A stretch of DNA of 63,944 nucleotides, counting the filler, from Bigelowiella natans CCMP2755 (Eukaryota > Protista > Cercozoa), in assembly GCA_000320545.1 (NCBI GenBank). It is 7 parts of 7 records of this genome, joined end to end, with 100 filler letters (N's around TTAATTAATTAA, not from the genome) between each part and the next. Parts side by side here need not be neighbours in the genome. Positions count along the whole stretch, not along the records: positions 49,024 to 61,304 come from ADNK01003540.1; positions 61,405 to 62,805 come from ADNK01003590.1; positions 62,906 to 63,944 come from ADNK01002389.1; 4 more parts are not named here. One strand, written 5' to 3'. This document shows, piece by piece, positions 51,191-63,944 of this stretch (positions are counted from its first letter, which is position 1; each line of letters starts with the position of its first letter). The notes under the pieces are model-generated. The model made no database searches. It was not told where the DNA came from and was given only the letters and a program-made list of their open reading frames with translations. The translations under genes were made by a program, and so were the position numbers.

Positions 51191-53998
51191 CTACGATGCC
51201 ACTACAGAGATGCCGGTCGTTGAAGAAGAAGTAGAGGCGGTTGTTGTCGCAGAGATATTGGTGGATTCCTTCTTGACCCGGCTAGAATAAACCTTGTTGA
51301 GGATAAGCAAGATTGTCTCTGTCGGCAACTGCGAGCTCCCCTATTTTTGATGCCATCAGAATGACGAACGCGGGGGAGGAGGAGCAAGCAAAATTCGAGG
51401 CAATAATTAGTAATTAGTGATGATGGTAGCGATAAGTCATTATGGTGCGAACACTAGCGAAAGGTTCAGCCGAAGTCCCCACATGAGCAAATGAATGTCG
51501 AGCAACAGTTAACTATCATCGTGCTCCCTTTAAATCTAATATCCACATGAACATACACATGTTGCTATTTAGGGTGTACACAGAGCTCAAGAACCGACCT
51601 GCCGAACCCAATTTTTTATTTTTGCGCACACCGATGCTTCATATTCGAGGTAGCACTCGCGGAGGGAGAGGCGTGCGAAAATCCCCTTCACATTTTCCAC
51701 GTATCGCTTGGATGGCTGGAAGAGTGCCCGGAGGTCCTTTTCATCCGTTGTCTAATGGTGGTTGGAGGTTGTGGTGGTGATGATGATGATGATGAGCGGA
51801 CATTAAACCGAATGCCAAGGCTCAGGCCAAGGTACGATCACTTAGTAAAATACGCTTTCCGGATATGGTAGTGCGGCAATTGATGCTATGGTTCGACAAT
51901 TCTAACCTTTTCCACGGCCTTTGCCATCAGCCACGTCAGCTTCCGCTGCTCTATATCCGTTCCGATTTTGCCTGTTTTCTGAAGTATAAAGATGAAATAC
52001 AAAGATGATTTTTCGCATCGACTAAGTCACGTCTGAGTATCTCCCTCTCTCTCTCTCTCTCCCTCTCCCTCTCCCTCTTAACACCAGAATTGTTAACAAA
52101 TATGCCAAGGACCTTCGGATCTCCGTAAACGTCCAAGAAGTCGTCCTGCACCTGAAAGTACTGCCCAAGCTCTAGCCCAATCTTCTTTGCCAATTCCTCG
52201 CTCGAGCTCGCGCCGCCTCCGACTCTGCCCCTCGACGAGAACGAAGAGGAAGAGGAGGACGGATACCGTTCTTCGTCGCTAGCACTCCTTTGCTCCATAT
52301 TTTCTCCATCCTTGGCGTCACCCATGAAATCATCCGATCGCTTTCCCTTTACCCCCCTCTTCACGTTAATTCGGCTGATATCTCCCTCTCCCTCCCTCTC
52401 ATCGTCGGTGTTCCTATTGTCACCCTCGTCCCCCCCCCGAGCGAGGCAGAGCGCTGCAGCTAAAGGGAGATGGAATGTGTAAAACGAGGTTTTGTGTGCG
52501 ACGATATTGTCGTATGCTAGCATCGAGAGCCGCGTGCGCACGGCCTCCTCCCCTGGCCATTCCAATGCTAGCTGCTTTACCAGGCTGCTGTACTCAAGAT
52601 CTAGGCCTAATGGTAAGGGAACAATTATATAAGCAGGTTAATAAAACTAGATAAATCAACGAATATCACTACCACTACCTACTACTAAGACTACTATTGC
52701 CACATCATCATCATCATCATCATCGCATCACCCTGGCCGAAGGCTGTCTTTAAAATAACGCCCCTGAAGATGTCCTGGATGGAAGCGAAATCCTCCTTGC
52801 CCAAGTGATGCCTGTGCGTATATATATGCCGAGTGAGGCATTACAACGTACGGATGAGTTAGAAACAAATCACGTAACAACCATCAATTTCCTTACAAAA
52901 TGTTAGGTCGGGAAGGAGGAGGTGTCACGTCATTGAAAAGTTAAAACGTTGCCTTCCAACAATGTCTTCTCTATATGCGAGATTACTTAAGAATGTAGAA
53001 AGCAAAGTGCTCCAACTTGAAAACATCGTTGTATGCATGTACCCGATCGACCTTTGCAAAAAAAGTGGAAGAAATATGAACTATGGATTCCCGATGTTGC
53101 AACCCAAAGCTACAACAAAATGCCGGTAAATTTTATCCTGACGTCGTATCATCATTCTTGGTGGATTTATAGTTGTACCTTGTGCCAGCACGCTTTTCCC
53201 CGTCGGGTATGTGATTCATCCATGATATCATCTGCAACTAAAAAGGCGGCCTGCAAAATCTCTAAAGCCCAGCCGACTGACATAATCTGCACGGTGAAAC
53301 AAAATCAGACGAAAGCAAGGAAGGTGGGGGCGGTGGTGGCCCCAGAACATGTTTCGTTTTGCTGCGTTGAGTTTTTCTATTCGCGATTTTCTCACATTAT
53401 TTGTGTCGCACCTGCTGAATGCGTTCTGCGGAGGGAGCCCCCTCCCCACGTCTCTCTATTAGCTCCAGCGTAGCAGCAAAGACGAGAACGCCTCGGAAGC
53501 ACTACGACAAAATGAGGCCATTAAATAAATGATGATATTTGAAAGAGGAAGAGAAATATTTCCGGTTGAATATTGCTGATGTGAGGACAATGAGATTTTT
53601 GTCCCATGATTGGCCTTCTCTTAAGTAATCTTTTCTTGCCTAGAAGTACTCTGTGAAAGCTACAACGACGACGACGATGACGATGATGATATACCTGGCC
53701 TCCTTTGATAGTATACTGCATCATCTTTTTATCCCTATCTAAGAAGGAATGCAATCCCGGAAGTTCCTCCTCATAGTAGCTAATGGATACAACATATACT
53801 ACTGAGCAAATGCTCCAACCCTGCCAACCAAATCAAGCACCTTTCCAAGGAGAGTTCAACGATCTTATCGTAACTCTGATGAAACGCTTTCACCATGGCG
53901 CTAAAATCCCTTGTCTTCATGCTAGCCTCGCTCGAATTGACTCCGCCATTGCTGTTGACGCTGCTGCTGCTGCTGACGCTGCTGCTTCTTTCTGGCAT
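51191..53998 (-). CDS. FDPS: Trans-prenyltransferase of the eukaryotic FPP synthase type (possibly bifunctional FPPS/GGPPS)
   Basis: [31 protein letters not shown] (first DDxxD), [32 protein letters not shown] (second DDxxD), [15 protein letters not shown] and C-terminal LNKVYSRVK. Confidence 0.93.
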
Positions 53999-54731
53999 GG
54001 CGTGCTCTAAATAGAACATATCAGTATTCGTTAAAAAATGCCTACATTGGCTGGGAGAATTGAATAGGAACAAAAATGAGTTTGATATTCGTGGCTGAGG
54101 TTGCGCAGCAGTACGTGTGTTCGATGTGTGCACGCCGGGAGAGCGAGGGAGGGGGGTGTAGTTTCCGGTACCCGGATGTGGAATCTGTATGCTGCCGCTG
54201 GGGCTCCTTTTCAGCACATAAAATCGCTCACAAAGTAAAATGCATCGACATTAAACATGAAAATAATTAAATAATCGATGTCGCAATAAGAGAACGTGAT
54301 CATTTAGGAATATTGAGCAAGCTGTTCGGCTTCTAGAACCGACGAAGTTCTCTTGTTTGATGTCATCATCTCAGCTTTAGTGGGGATTCGAGGAGACAAA
54401 AAAGTCTTGATAAAAATTAAAAATTATTTGAATATTTTTATGAGACATCTCATTTATTCTATTTTTTAAAAAATTCTAAGGTGTTTCAGCTCTTCTCCAG
54501 CCGCGGACAAATTTTGAAGAATAAACAATAATACTTATATGCGACATGAAATATAAATGTCGCAGACGAAAAATGCAATGCGCACAATCGATATTTCATT
54601 TCTTAGAAATTTCCCCCCAGAGCACCCTTTGCGATGTGCGGTCGGATAAGTTTCGGACAAGGGTACACAACTAACATAGGGTACGACAATCATTTGCCGA
54701 TGATATTATCCGTACGTCATCAAGATGTGTG

Positions 54732-54748
54732 AAAAAAAAAAGGAAAAA
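54732..54748 (-). terminator. Pol III oligo-T terminator of tRNA-Ala
   Basis: T5 and T10 runs on the minus strand begin a few nt after the tRNA 3' end. Confidence 0.75.
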
Positions 54749-54754
54749 GAGTTG

Positions 54755-54827
54755 TGGAGGCGGCAGGTTTCGATCCCACTACCTCCTGCTTGCAAAGCAG
54801 GCGTTCTACCAACTGAACTACGCCCCC
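54755..54827 (-). tRNA. tRNA-Ala(TGC)
   Basis: 73-nt cloverleaf GGGGGCGTAGTTCAGTTGGTAGAACGCCTGCTTTGCAAGCAGGAGGTAGTGGGATCGAAACCTGCCGCCTCCA with a G3:U70 pair, discriminator A, anticodon TGC and no encoded CCA tail. Confidence 0.95.
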
Positions 54828-55110
54828 AACTTTTTTGGTGACATTATTCCGATCCTTAGAACACCTATTACATTATATGTAAATTAAAGAATTTTATAAA
54901 TCAAATTAAAATGGGTTGCAGTCTCTACGACCAGATTTACAGTTGTCGCATGGATCAATTAGATTAGATTTTGTAGTTCGTCGCGACAAATATAGCCTCC
55001 AGAATTAGCACTGTGGAGTTGCAAGTATAACTCCTTTGCTGACAGATCTGAATGGAGTTCCGTATTGAGGGATCAATCAAAGACTAAAAGAAAAGAAAGG
55101 GGGAAATAGA

Positions 55111-56863
<1,753 letters not shown>

Positions 56864-57808
56864 AACATAATATGATGTTGCTTTGCCACCCGTGGAAGCT
56901 AAGCAAACATTACCGGAGTAGGTAGTAAGTGCCAAATCCACAAAAAAACTTGAAATTAGCTGAACGATGCATGCCAGCTAGTGTCAAAAACTAATACACT
57001 AGTCTAAACACATAGATGACGCAGCATGGTGACCGAATAGTTGGCGTCAATCGCAACTCTTAGCCGCGCTGTTATCCATTGTAATCGCAGCTTGTTTATA
57101 TAGCGCTAAATCTGTTGTTCTGCGGAAGACATAGTGTCTGACATATCTAGATATGCATAACACATAGTTCCTGATATACATAGCCAGAAATCTTTTGATC
57201 TATTAGTGTTTAATGCGACAAGTGCGATGCACTGAGCAGCTGGCATACAGTACGCTACTTGCTGCGCAGTGACCACGCTCGCATCGGCGCGCAAGGCAAA
57301 AAAACTTTCCATCAATATCTACATAATGATTGTAGACAGGGAATACTGTGTCAATTGCAATGTTGATACGATAAACTCATGAACAGCTCCCGTATGTAGC
57401 CCGTGCACATTGGTGCGATCTTGTGTGCACGCACAGGGACTAATGAGTGTGTGAGTCCACACACTTGGTACAATGGCTACATGTACATAGCTAAATAGCA
57501 TTGGCACATGCGTGCGCATGACATTCAATCAAATGAGCGCAATCATGAATCGCAACGACGACACGAACCGGCTGACAAAGGCTGAAAAGGACTCTAGAAC
57601 TGCTGCGCGCAGTGCGCGGCAACATCGGTCGCATGAGGACGCTTTCAAATGCATGAAGTTTTAGCGGACTAGCGGTAGCTGTTTGGCTTTTGTGCGCGGG
57701 ACTGTGCTGTTGATGTTGGAAAGTCAACACGCGGTCTCGTGTGCTTTTGGATTCTGATGATGACTTGTGACTTGCGCTGCACGCATGTGCGCATTGGGTT
57801 CCGGCGCA

Positions 57809-57907
57809 TTCGCGAAGATTCTCGAATCTTCCAGAATTCTCTCGAATTCTCTCGAGTGTTTCTGGAAGGTTCTCGAAGCTTCCGGAATGTTCTCGAAGAT
57901 TCTGGAA
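57809..57907. promoter_or_regulatory. Array of alternating nGAAn/nTTCn units matching the heat-shock element consensus
   Basis: Six perfect units at 57809-57836, four degenerate units, then ten perfect units at 57860-57907 (TTCtgGAAggTTCtcGAAgcTTCcgGAAtgTTCtcGAAgaTTCtgGAA). Confidence 0.7.
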
Positions 57908-58060
57908 GTTCTGAGAACTTCCATGCGCATGTGCGCAGCGCAGCGTGCAGCACGAGTGGACGTGCGCATGCTGCGACAGCTCCTTGATCGTGGGTGGCGC
58001 GGCCAGACCGCTGACACGCCCCCATGGACGTGGTGACCACGATCAGAGTGCTGATGTGCA

Positions 58061-58386
58061 TGTAGCGCGTACCACTACGCGGGCACAAGTCACGTGCGAC
58101 AACAAAGGGGTTGTCGCGGATATAGAATATAGATAACGTAGATATTAATACAGCATAGGCACGTGGGTTCCGGCGGGACTCATGGCAGCACACCGGAAGT
58201 GTGCTGCCCCACGTGCGGCGGCATTCGCGAAAGCTTCGCGAATGATTACGCAGTGCACGATTTAATAAAAATATAATCTTTAATAAAAATAAACACAACT
58301 CTTCAAAAGGAAGCAAACGTGCCTTTCCCCCCCCCTGCCTACTTGTGCACGTAGCGCCTCGGCCTGTGAACACCTTACGCGCAACA
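58061..58386 (+). repeat. LTR copy C (5' LTR, 326 bp)
   Basis: TG..CA termini, same sequence as copy A by eye. Confidence 0.97.
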
Positions 58387-58391
58387 ACCTT

Positions 58392-58446
58392 TGGCTTCCA
58401 CGCGGGGAATCGAACCCCGATCTTGGGAGTGAAAATCCCATATCCT
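58392..58446 (-). other. 3' 55 nt of a mature tRNA-Glu(TTC), including CCA, forming an extended primer-binding site
   Basis: The reverse complement is AGGATATGGGATTTTCACTCCCAAGATCGGGGTTCGATTCCCCGCGTGGAAGCCA, with anticodon arm TGGGA-TTTTCAC-TCCCA, T arm CGGGG-TTCGATT-CCCCG, discriminator G and CCA. The 5' acceptor strand and D loop are absent. Confidence 0.92.
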
Positions 58447-58466
58447 GGGAAACGATTTGACTAACA

Positions 58467-61304
58467 ATGTCACAGCAGCTAGAAGAACAGCAGGACTTTG
58501 GCTCGCAGGCCGTGCAAGGGCACGAGCAGAAACAGGAAAGGAAGGGCGATACGGACGCTAAGGAAGGAGGAGGAACACCTCCACAGGCACCGCCGGGACC
58601 AGCACCCGGGATTAAGAAAGCAGATGCAGCAGCAGAGGCACTGGAGAACTTCTACGAGGCGGACGACGAGGACGTGGCCGCCGAAAGCAAGAAGGTCGTA
58701 ATGGCATTACGAGCCTTGCGACCCAGGGCGAGCAACTACGCCAAACTGAAAGTATCGATAGAATACAAGTATCAGACACATGATGTTTGGGCAGCTATCA
58801 TGCAGGACATCATGGATTACGAAGCAGACTTACCTCCAGAGTGGGCAGCTTTGTTTAGGAACGACGGGGGTCTGGGCGCCTCGCGGGGGACGACCCAGAG
58901 CACCGTCAAGCAGCAGCAGCCGGTACAGCGGAACACCCAGTTCATGTCTGTTAAAACAGCACCGGTTATGATAACGAAATACAACGGGAAAAGAGGTGAG
59001 GCAAGGAGGTGGTGGAAGAACGCTAGGAGTATACTCTGCGACTTTACCCCTAACCCCACCGAAAACGACAAGCTCAAATGGCTAGCTATAATAAAGCAAG
59101 CCATGGACCTTTACGAGACAGGCAGGACCCGGATCAGGCAGCTAGAGAAAATACACACTACAGTTAGTGGGCTACGAGACGTTGAGGCGATAATGAAGGC
59201 TTTTGTAAATGAACAGGATGCTAACTCCCTACCCCAGGCTATTAGAAAATACAGAGCAATGATGCAGCATGAGAGAGAACCTGTTAGAGACTTTGCCACG
59301 CGCTTCCAGGATATGATCGACGAACTACATGATTTTAATTACAACACAGGTGATGATCAGGCAAGGTTTGAAGAGTTCAAGTTAAAGATAAAGGAATCCA
59401 CTTACGTTACGGAGAAAGGCTACACCACGATGGAGGCAGCAGTGCAGGCTATATCCCTACGCGAGCAGGAGCAGGACCGCAAGTTTACCAGCCCTAAGGT
59501 ACCTGGCATAGGAAACATTAACGCTATTAAGCCGCAGCGAGACTGGTACAAGGACAGGGAAGGTAACCGACGTTGCGGATACTGCTCACGTAAAGGGAAA
59601 CACACCGCTAAAGACTGCAGAGACAGGAAAGAAGGACGACCCAGGATGACGATCAGGCAGCTCAACGAACACTACGAGAAGTTAAAGAGAAAGAAAGGCA
59701 GAGGACAAGGATATAACAACAGCAAATGGCAAGGCAGCAACAACGGGAAGAACAATAAATATAAGAACAAAAAGCAGAACAGTATCAATGCTATACAGCA
59801 GCAGATAAACGGAATATTAGATCACCTTAAGCAGGCGCCGACGAAGACAGCAGTACCAGCAACGCAGGACCAAGACAAGCCCATGACCCTAGACGACATA
59901 AAGAACTTAGGAGTATGCAACATTAATGACGAAGACGCTAACAGGACTATCAAAGTTGCTATGACCAAGGTTAAAGTTAAAGACAGCTACGGAGACTACA
60001 AGAAACTACCTGCCCTTTGGGATAGTGGCAGCATGCCGAAGTCCTTCATAAGCCTAAGCACAGTAAGAAGGTTAGGACTATTGGATCAAGTGACTAAGAA
60101 AGAACGTAAATATGCTCAAGCAGACGGAAGCTCTTCCATGAAGACCGTCGGTGAGCTAATGCTAAAGCTACAGATACCTGGCAGCGACGCGGAGACCCAA
60201 ATCAAGACCCGAGTAGCCATGACTTTATCCATGGAACTACTCCTCGGACAGGATGCCCTAGAAAAATTAGGGGGGATCATATCATTCTACAATCACAAGA
60301 TATACTTTGCTAAGTTGCCAAAGAAGTCAGGCAGGACCATCAGCCAGAACATGATACGGCTTGACGAGTGGACCTCTGAGTCAAGCGTTAATGCGTTAGA
60401 GTTTATGGTCCTAGCGGACAACAAGCTACCTACACCTACCGAGCTACGGAAGAAGAACCCCGGCAAGACCATCCGACAGATAACGGAGCTACTGGACAAG
60501 ACCCCCCCAGCTGATGATTGGGATATCGACAAAGGCAAAAAGTACATTAATAAAATATTAAACGAGAAGTACTCTGACATCACCAAGCCGACGACGAAGC
60601 CCTCCAGCAAGCTTACCCCAGTAAAGATCGAGCTAAAGAAGGGATACGAAGAGTGCATCATCAATGACCCAGAACATAGGCGACCGGAAGCGGACTGGGA
60701 AAAGATAGAGTGGCAGATCAATGAATGGGCAAAGGAAGGGAAGATAGAGCCAAGCAACTCACCATGGAACGTGAGACATGTGCTAGCTAAGAAACCTACT
60801 TACCCTTTCTTCCGCCTGGCGCACAACTTCATCCGCCACAACCGAGTAATAAAGAGGATCCAGACACCTACACCAAGGATAGATGACGTTATTGAACACG
60901 TCATAGGATACAAATACTACTCTTCCCTAGATAAAAATGAATCATACATGCAGACACCCATCCACAAAACCTCCCGCCCCATTACCGCGTTCTCCAGCAG
61001 GCACAGGAAGTGGCACTTCGTCGTATTCCCTTACGGCCTAAGCATATCAGGGGATGCGTTCAGTAGTCAGAACTACAGGGCATACACACATGATGGGATG
61101 GCGTCTGTGTTGTGGGTGTTTGTGTTTGTGTATGTGGATGATGACATAATATGTACCAACACAGTCGTCGCTCAGATCTTCCTCCTGGAAAATATATTTA
61201 TTAGGTTTGCACACTTCGGTTTTACTATTAGACTGCAGAAGTGTACATTCCTAGCTACAAGAATCAAGTGGTGTGGATATTACCTGGAGCAAGGCCGCAT
61301 CACC
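58467..61304 (+). CDS. Gag-Pol polyprotein (gag, zinc knuckle, aspartic protease, reverse transcriptase) in one frame
   Basis: QHEREPVRDFATRF (gag), CGYCSRKGKHTAKDC, ALWDSGS..LLLGQD (protease), and IEPSNSPWN, TPRIDD, YYSSLD, TAFS, FPYGL, VYVDDDI, KCTF (RT). The order PR-RT-(RH)-IN indicates Ty3/Gypsy. Confidence 0.95.
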
Positions 61305-61632
61305 NNNNNNNNNNNNNNNNNNNNNNNNNNNNNNNNNNNNNNNNNNNNTTAATTAATTAANNNNNNNNNNNNNNNNNNNNNNNNNNNNNNNNNNNNNNNN
61401 NNNNCACCCCCCACCCCTCCCCCAAACCCTATCACCAGGGATAAATGATGGTGTGTCTGGTACCGCACCAGCACAAAATTGACAATCTTCCCGGCGCTTT
61501 TAAGTCTTTTCTAGCGCTTCGCTAATTTTTCCCCCCCCTTGGAGTATAAAGGAGCACGGTATCCCCCGAGTGGCCAGGGTTGGGGGGGAGGGGGGGGAGC
61601 TTGGACATGTTGATATGTGTGATTATTCGCAC

Positions 61633-61667
<35 letters not shown>

Positions 61668-61683
61668 CAAACGCATAGTGTCA

Positions 61684-61790
61684 CCTTTTCGCTGATAAGA
61701 TCGATAACTTCTTTAGACATGTTCTCTTCCAAAATCTTGGGCGGAGCAGGTCCTGGCCATATATCATATTTAATCATATAAATATATTAC

Positions 61791-61829
<39 letters not shown>

Positions 61830-62320
61830 AATACACATTTCCACAGCAACAATAACAACAACAACTACTACTACTACTCTACAACTACTGCGACATCTCT
61901 GCGACCAGGAAGCTTCTTCTCTCCCAAGATCCTCCTCCTTTGCTCGATGGACATGCTGCCATCCCTCCCGTGCAGGAAGTGCTGCGTGGCATCTAACTTG
62001 CGTATGTTCTCTGCTATCACCACCTGAAACGCAGAGAGAGAGAGGGAGAGGGAGGGAGGGAGGGAGAGAGAGAGAGAGAGAGAAGTGCTTTGAGAATCAT
62101 CATCATACGTCCTACTTGGGAGAGATGGAAGGGTGATGATAACTCGCGGCATCTACCACCTGATCGTGCTGGAATCGATGTACGCCGTTGAAGTCTTTGG
62201 GAACAGAGATCGGTGGGTAGTTCTGGGTGGTGATGTTTGGTTCATTGCATTAGACAGCGTGGGAGAGTAGCCTAGCATTCACGGCAGCCCTCCCCCCTCA
62301 TGCAAAAGTACAGTCAAATA

Positions 62321-62356
<36 letters not shown>

Positions 62357-62647
62357 ATATAATATCATTGCTGTCATTACCATTACCATTACAAGTACTA
62401 TTATACTATTATACAAGAGGAAGAAAAAAGATGGGCGCGAAGATAATGCTGCTGCCCGCTGTGTGTGTGTGGGTGAAGGAGGTATGAGCAGCACCGTGGG
62501 CATTTTATCCTCCTTCACGGCTCGGACGAAGGAAAGCGACTCAATTTGTTGGCCAAGGCCCTGAATAACAGTTAGCCCATACAATGTCGATGTCATTACT
62601 GCTGCTTTCGTTCTTGCTATTGTTGTCGTTGGTGTTGTTGTTGGAGG

Positions 62648-62678
<31 letters not shown>

Positions 62679-62780
62679 CAGTTGCGCGCCTAGCCCTAGC
62701 GTGGGGTATCTACCAGGCAGTGGCGCCGGGGACCCTTTGCCCAACACCTCTGGTGCGGCGGAAGTGATCTGCGAAATCAT
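61684..62780 (-). CDS. Internal exons of a hypothetical protein
   Basis: Splice-bounded blocks GLGQQIESLSFVRAVKEDKMPT, VVIAENIRKLDATQHFLHG.. and DIWPGPAPPKILEENMSKEVIDLISEK. No family recognised. Confidence 0.35.
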
Positions 62781-62969
62781 GTTGTAAACACGCGCGTTGT
62801 TGGGANNNNNNNNNNNNNNNNNNNNNNNNNNNNNNNNNNNNNNNNNNNNTTAATTAATTAANNNNNNNNNNNNNNNNNNNNNNNNNNNNNNNNNNNNNNN
62901 NNNNNTCCTGCGAGGGGTATATAAGTAAACGTGTTGGGTACGTTACATCGATGGGTGAGTCGCTTCCTC

Positions 62970-63062
<93 letters not shown>

Positions 63063-63108
63063 GGCGGGGGCGGATGGGAGGGAGGAAGAAAGAATAGTGT
63101 AAGAAGAC

Positions 63109-63144
<36 letters not shown>

Positions 63145-63519
63145 CGCGCGCTGGAATGTTCATTCATACTAAATGCGCCTTAGAGGGCGAAACCAAATAA
63201 TAACACAGAAGTGTAGAGTAGTAGTAGTAGTAGTAGAGTAGTAGTAGCGAGGCGAAATGAAGAACAAGTCACAGCAAAAGCCATGGAAGGGAATGCGGTT
63301 GAGCACGGAAATGATAAGATGGTGATATCCAAGCAGAGTAAATGACCGCAATACACATTAAAAATGGGGTTAGTATGCACGCACAAACGCACACACACAA
63401 GTACACATACAATAAATTAGAAATATTTTGTAGTATCATTATGATGTTTTCCAGAAAAGGATGAGCATCGATGCTAGAGGCAGAGCTGTGATCTCATGAG
63501 GAAGAAGCTGCTGTCCAAC

Positions 63520-63615
63520 CTTGTCCCCGAAGTACCCTCCAAGTAGCGACCCTAACACGCCCGAGAACATCGGCAGCCAGCTCATCCACGCTGCTATTAC
63601 TTCCGTGCTCACGCC
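63520..63615 (-). CDS. Exon of an MFS-type transporter (gene extends beyond this exon)
   Basis: GVSTEVIAAWMSWLPMFSGVLGSLLGGYFGDK matches the MFS motif-A region GxxxGGxxxD(K/R), followed by a GT donor. Confidence 0.55.
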
Positions 63616-63797
63616 TGACTCGAAAGGAAACAACGACGATGACGATGATGATGACGATAACAATGACGGAGACCAGTTGTTGTTGTTGTTGTTGTTGTTG
63701 TTGTTGCACAGGTGCTAGGGATGTGTGGAGGAGCGTCTCATTTCTGGTATTAGCCGTGCACGTATGTTTCACTGTGGATAATACCCCAAAAGCGTGT

Positions 63798-63840
<43 letters not shown>

Positions 63841-63944
63841 GTGTGTGTGTGTGTGTGTGTGGTTGTATATAGTTGTGAGTGACTCTGCAAAGAATCGATA
63901 TTCCGAATTTAGCTCCTCACAATGATTATACCTCCTCCTCCTCC

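Larger units (their letters stand above)
58061..61304 (+). mobile_element. Same LTR retrotransposon, 5' part (fragment C): LTR, extended PBS and gag-protease-RT, cut by the gap
   Basis: LTR 58061-58386, tRNA-complementary tract 58392-58446 and a single long ORF from 58467. Confidence 0.96.

Noticed and set aside
57809-57920. Possible CRISPR-like array
   Set aside because: It has 10-bp periodicity with no unique spacers, no cas genes and a eukaryotic context.
58392-58446. Calling the tRNA-Glu tract a functional tRNA gene
   Set aside because: It lacks the 5' acceptor strand and A-box/D loop, carries encoded CCA, and sits at the PBS position.

Overview
Eukaryotic nuclear DNA from a gene-dense draft scaffold with seven contigs joined by six 100-nt N/TTAATTAATTAA/N linkers. 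Introns are short, GT-AG and packed with microsatellites. One gene has a signal peptide followed by a transit-like leader, which suggests an alga with a complex plastid (inference only). Genes were assembled by eye, exon by exon: a PUT/LAT-type polyamine permease, a DUF4239/bestrophin-like membrane protein, squalene synthase, spermidine synthase, a BRCT-3xWWE protein with a possible ADP-ribosyltransferase domain, a CBR4/FabG-like SDR, an SthA-like flavoprotein with an EF-hand-like tail, a HEXXH zinc peptidase, a P3A H+-ATPase with two frameshifts, a NEK-like kinase, a methyltransferase-like protein, an FPP/GGPP synthase, tRNA-Ala(TGC), a macrodomain-like protein and an MFS fragment. The most unusual object is a young Ty3/Gypsy-type LTR retrotransposon present as three fragments with near-identical 326-bp LTRs. 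Its integrase carries a C-terminal domain that resembles the DIRS-type adenine methyltransferase domain. One copy has 55 nt of mature tRNA-Glu, including CCA, written into its primer-binding site and sits next to a long heat-shock-element array. All three LTR-host junctions fall in a distinctive TGCA/CTAG-rich class of spacer DNA found at gene 3' ends. No searches were run: family calls rest on motif recognition, and adjacency across gaps is uncertain.
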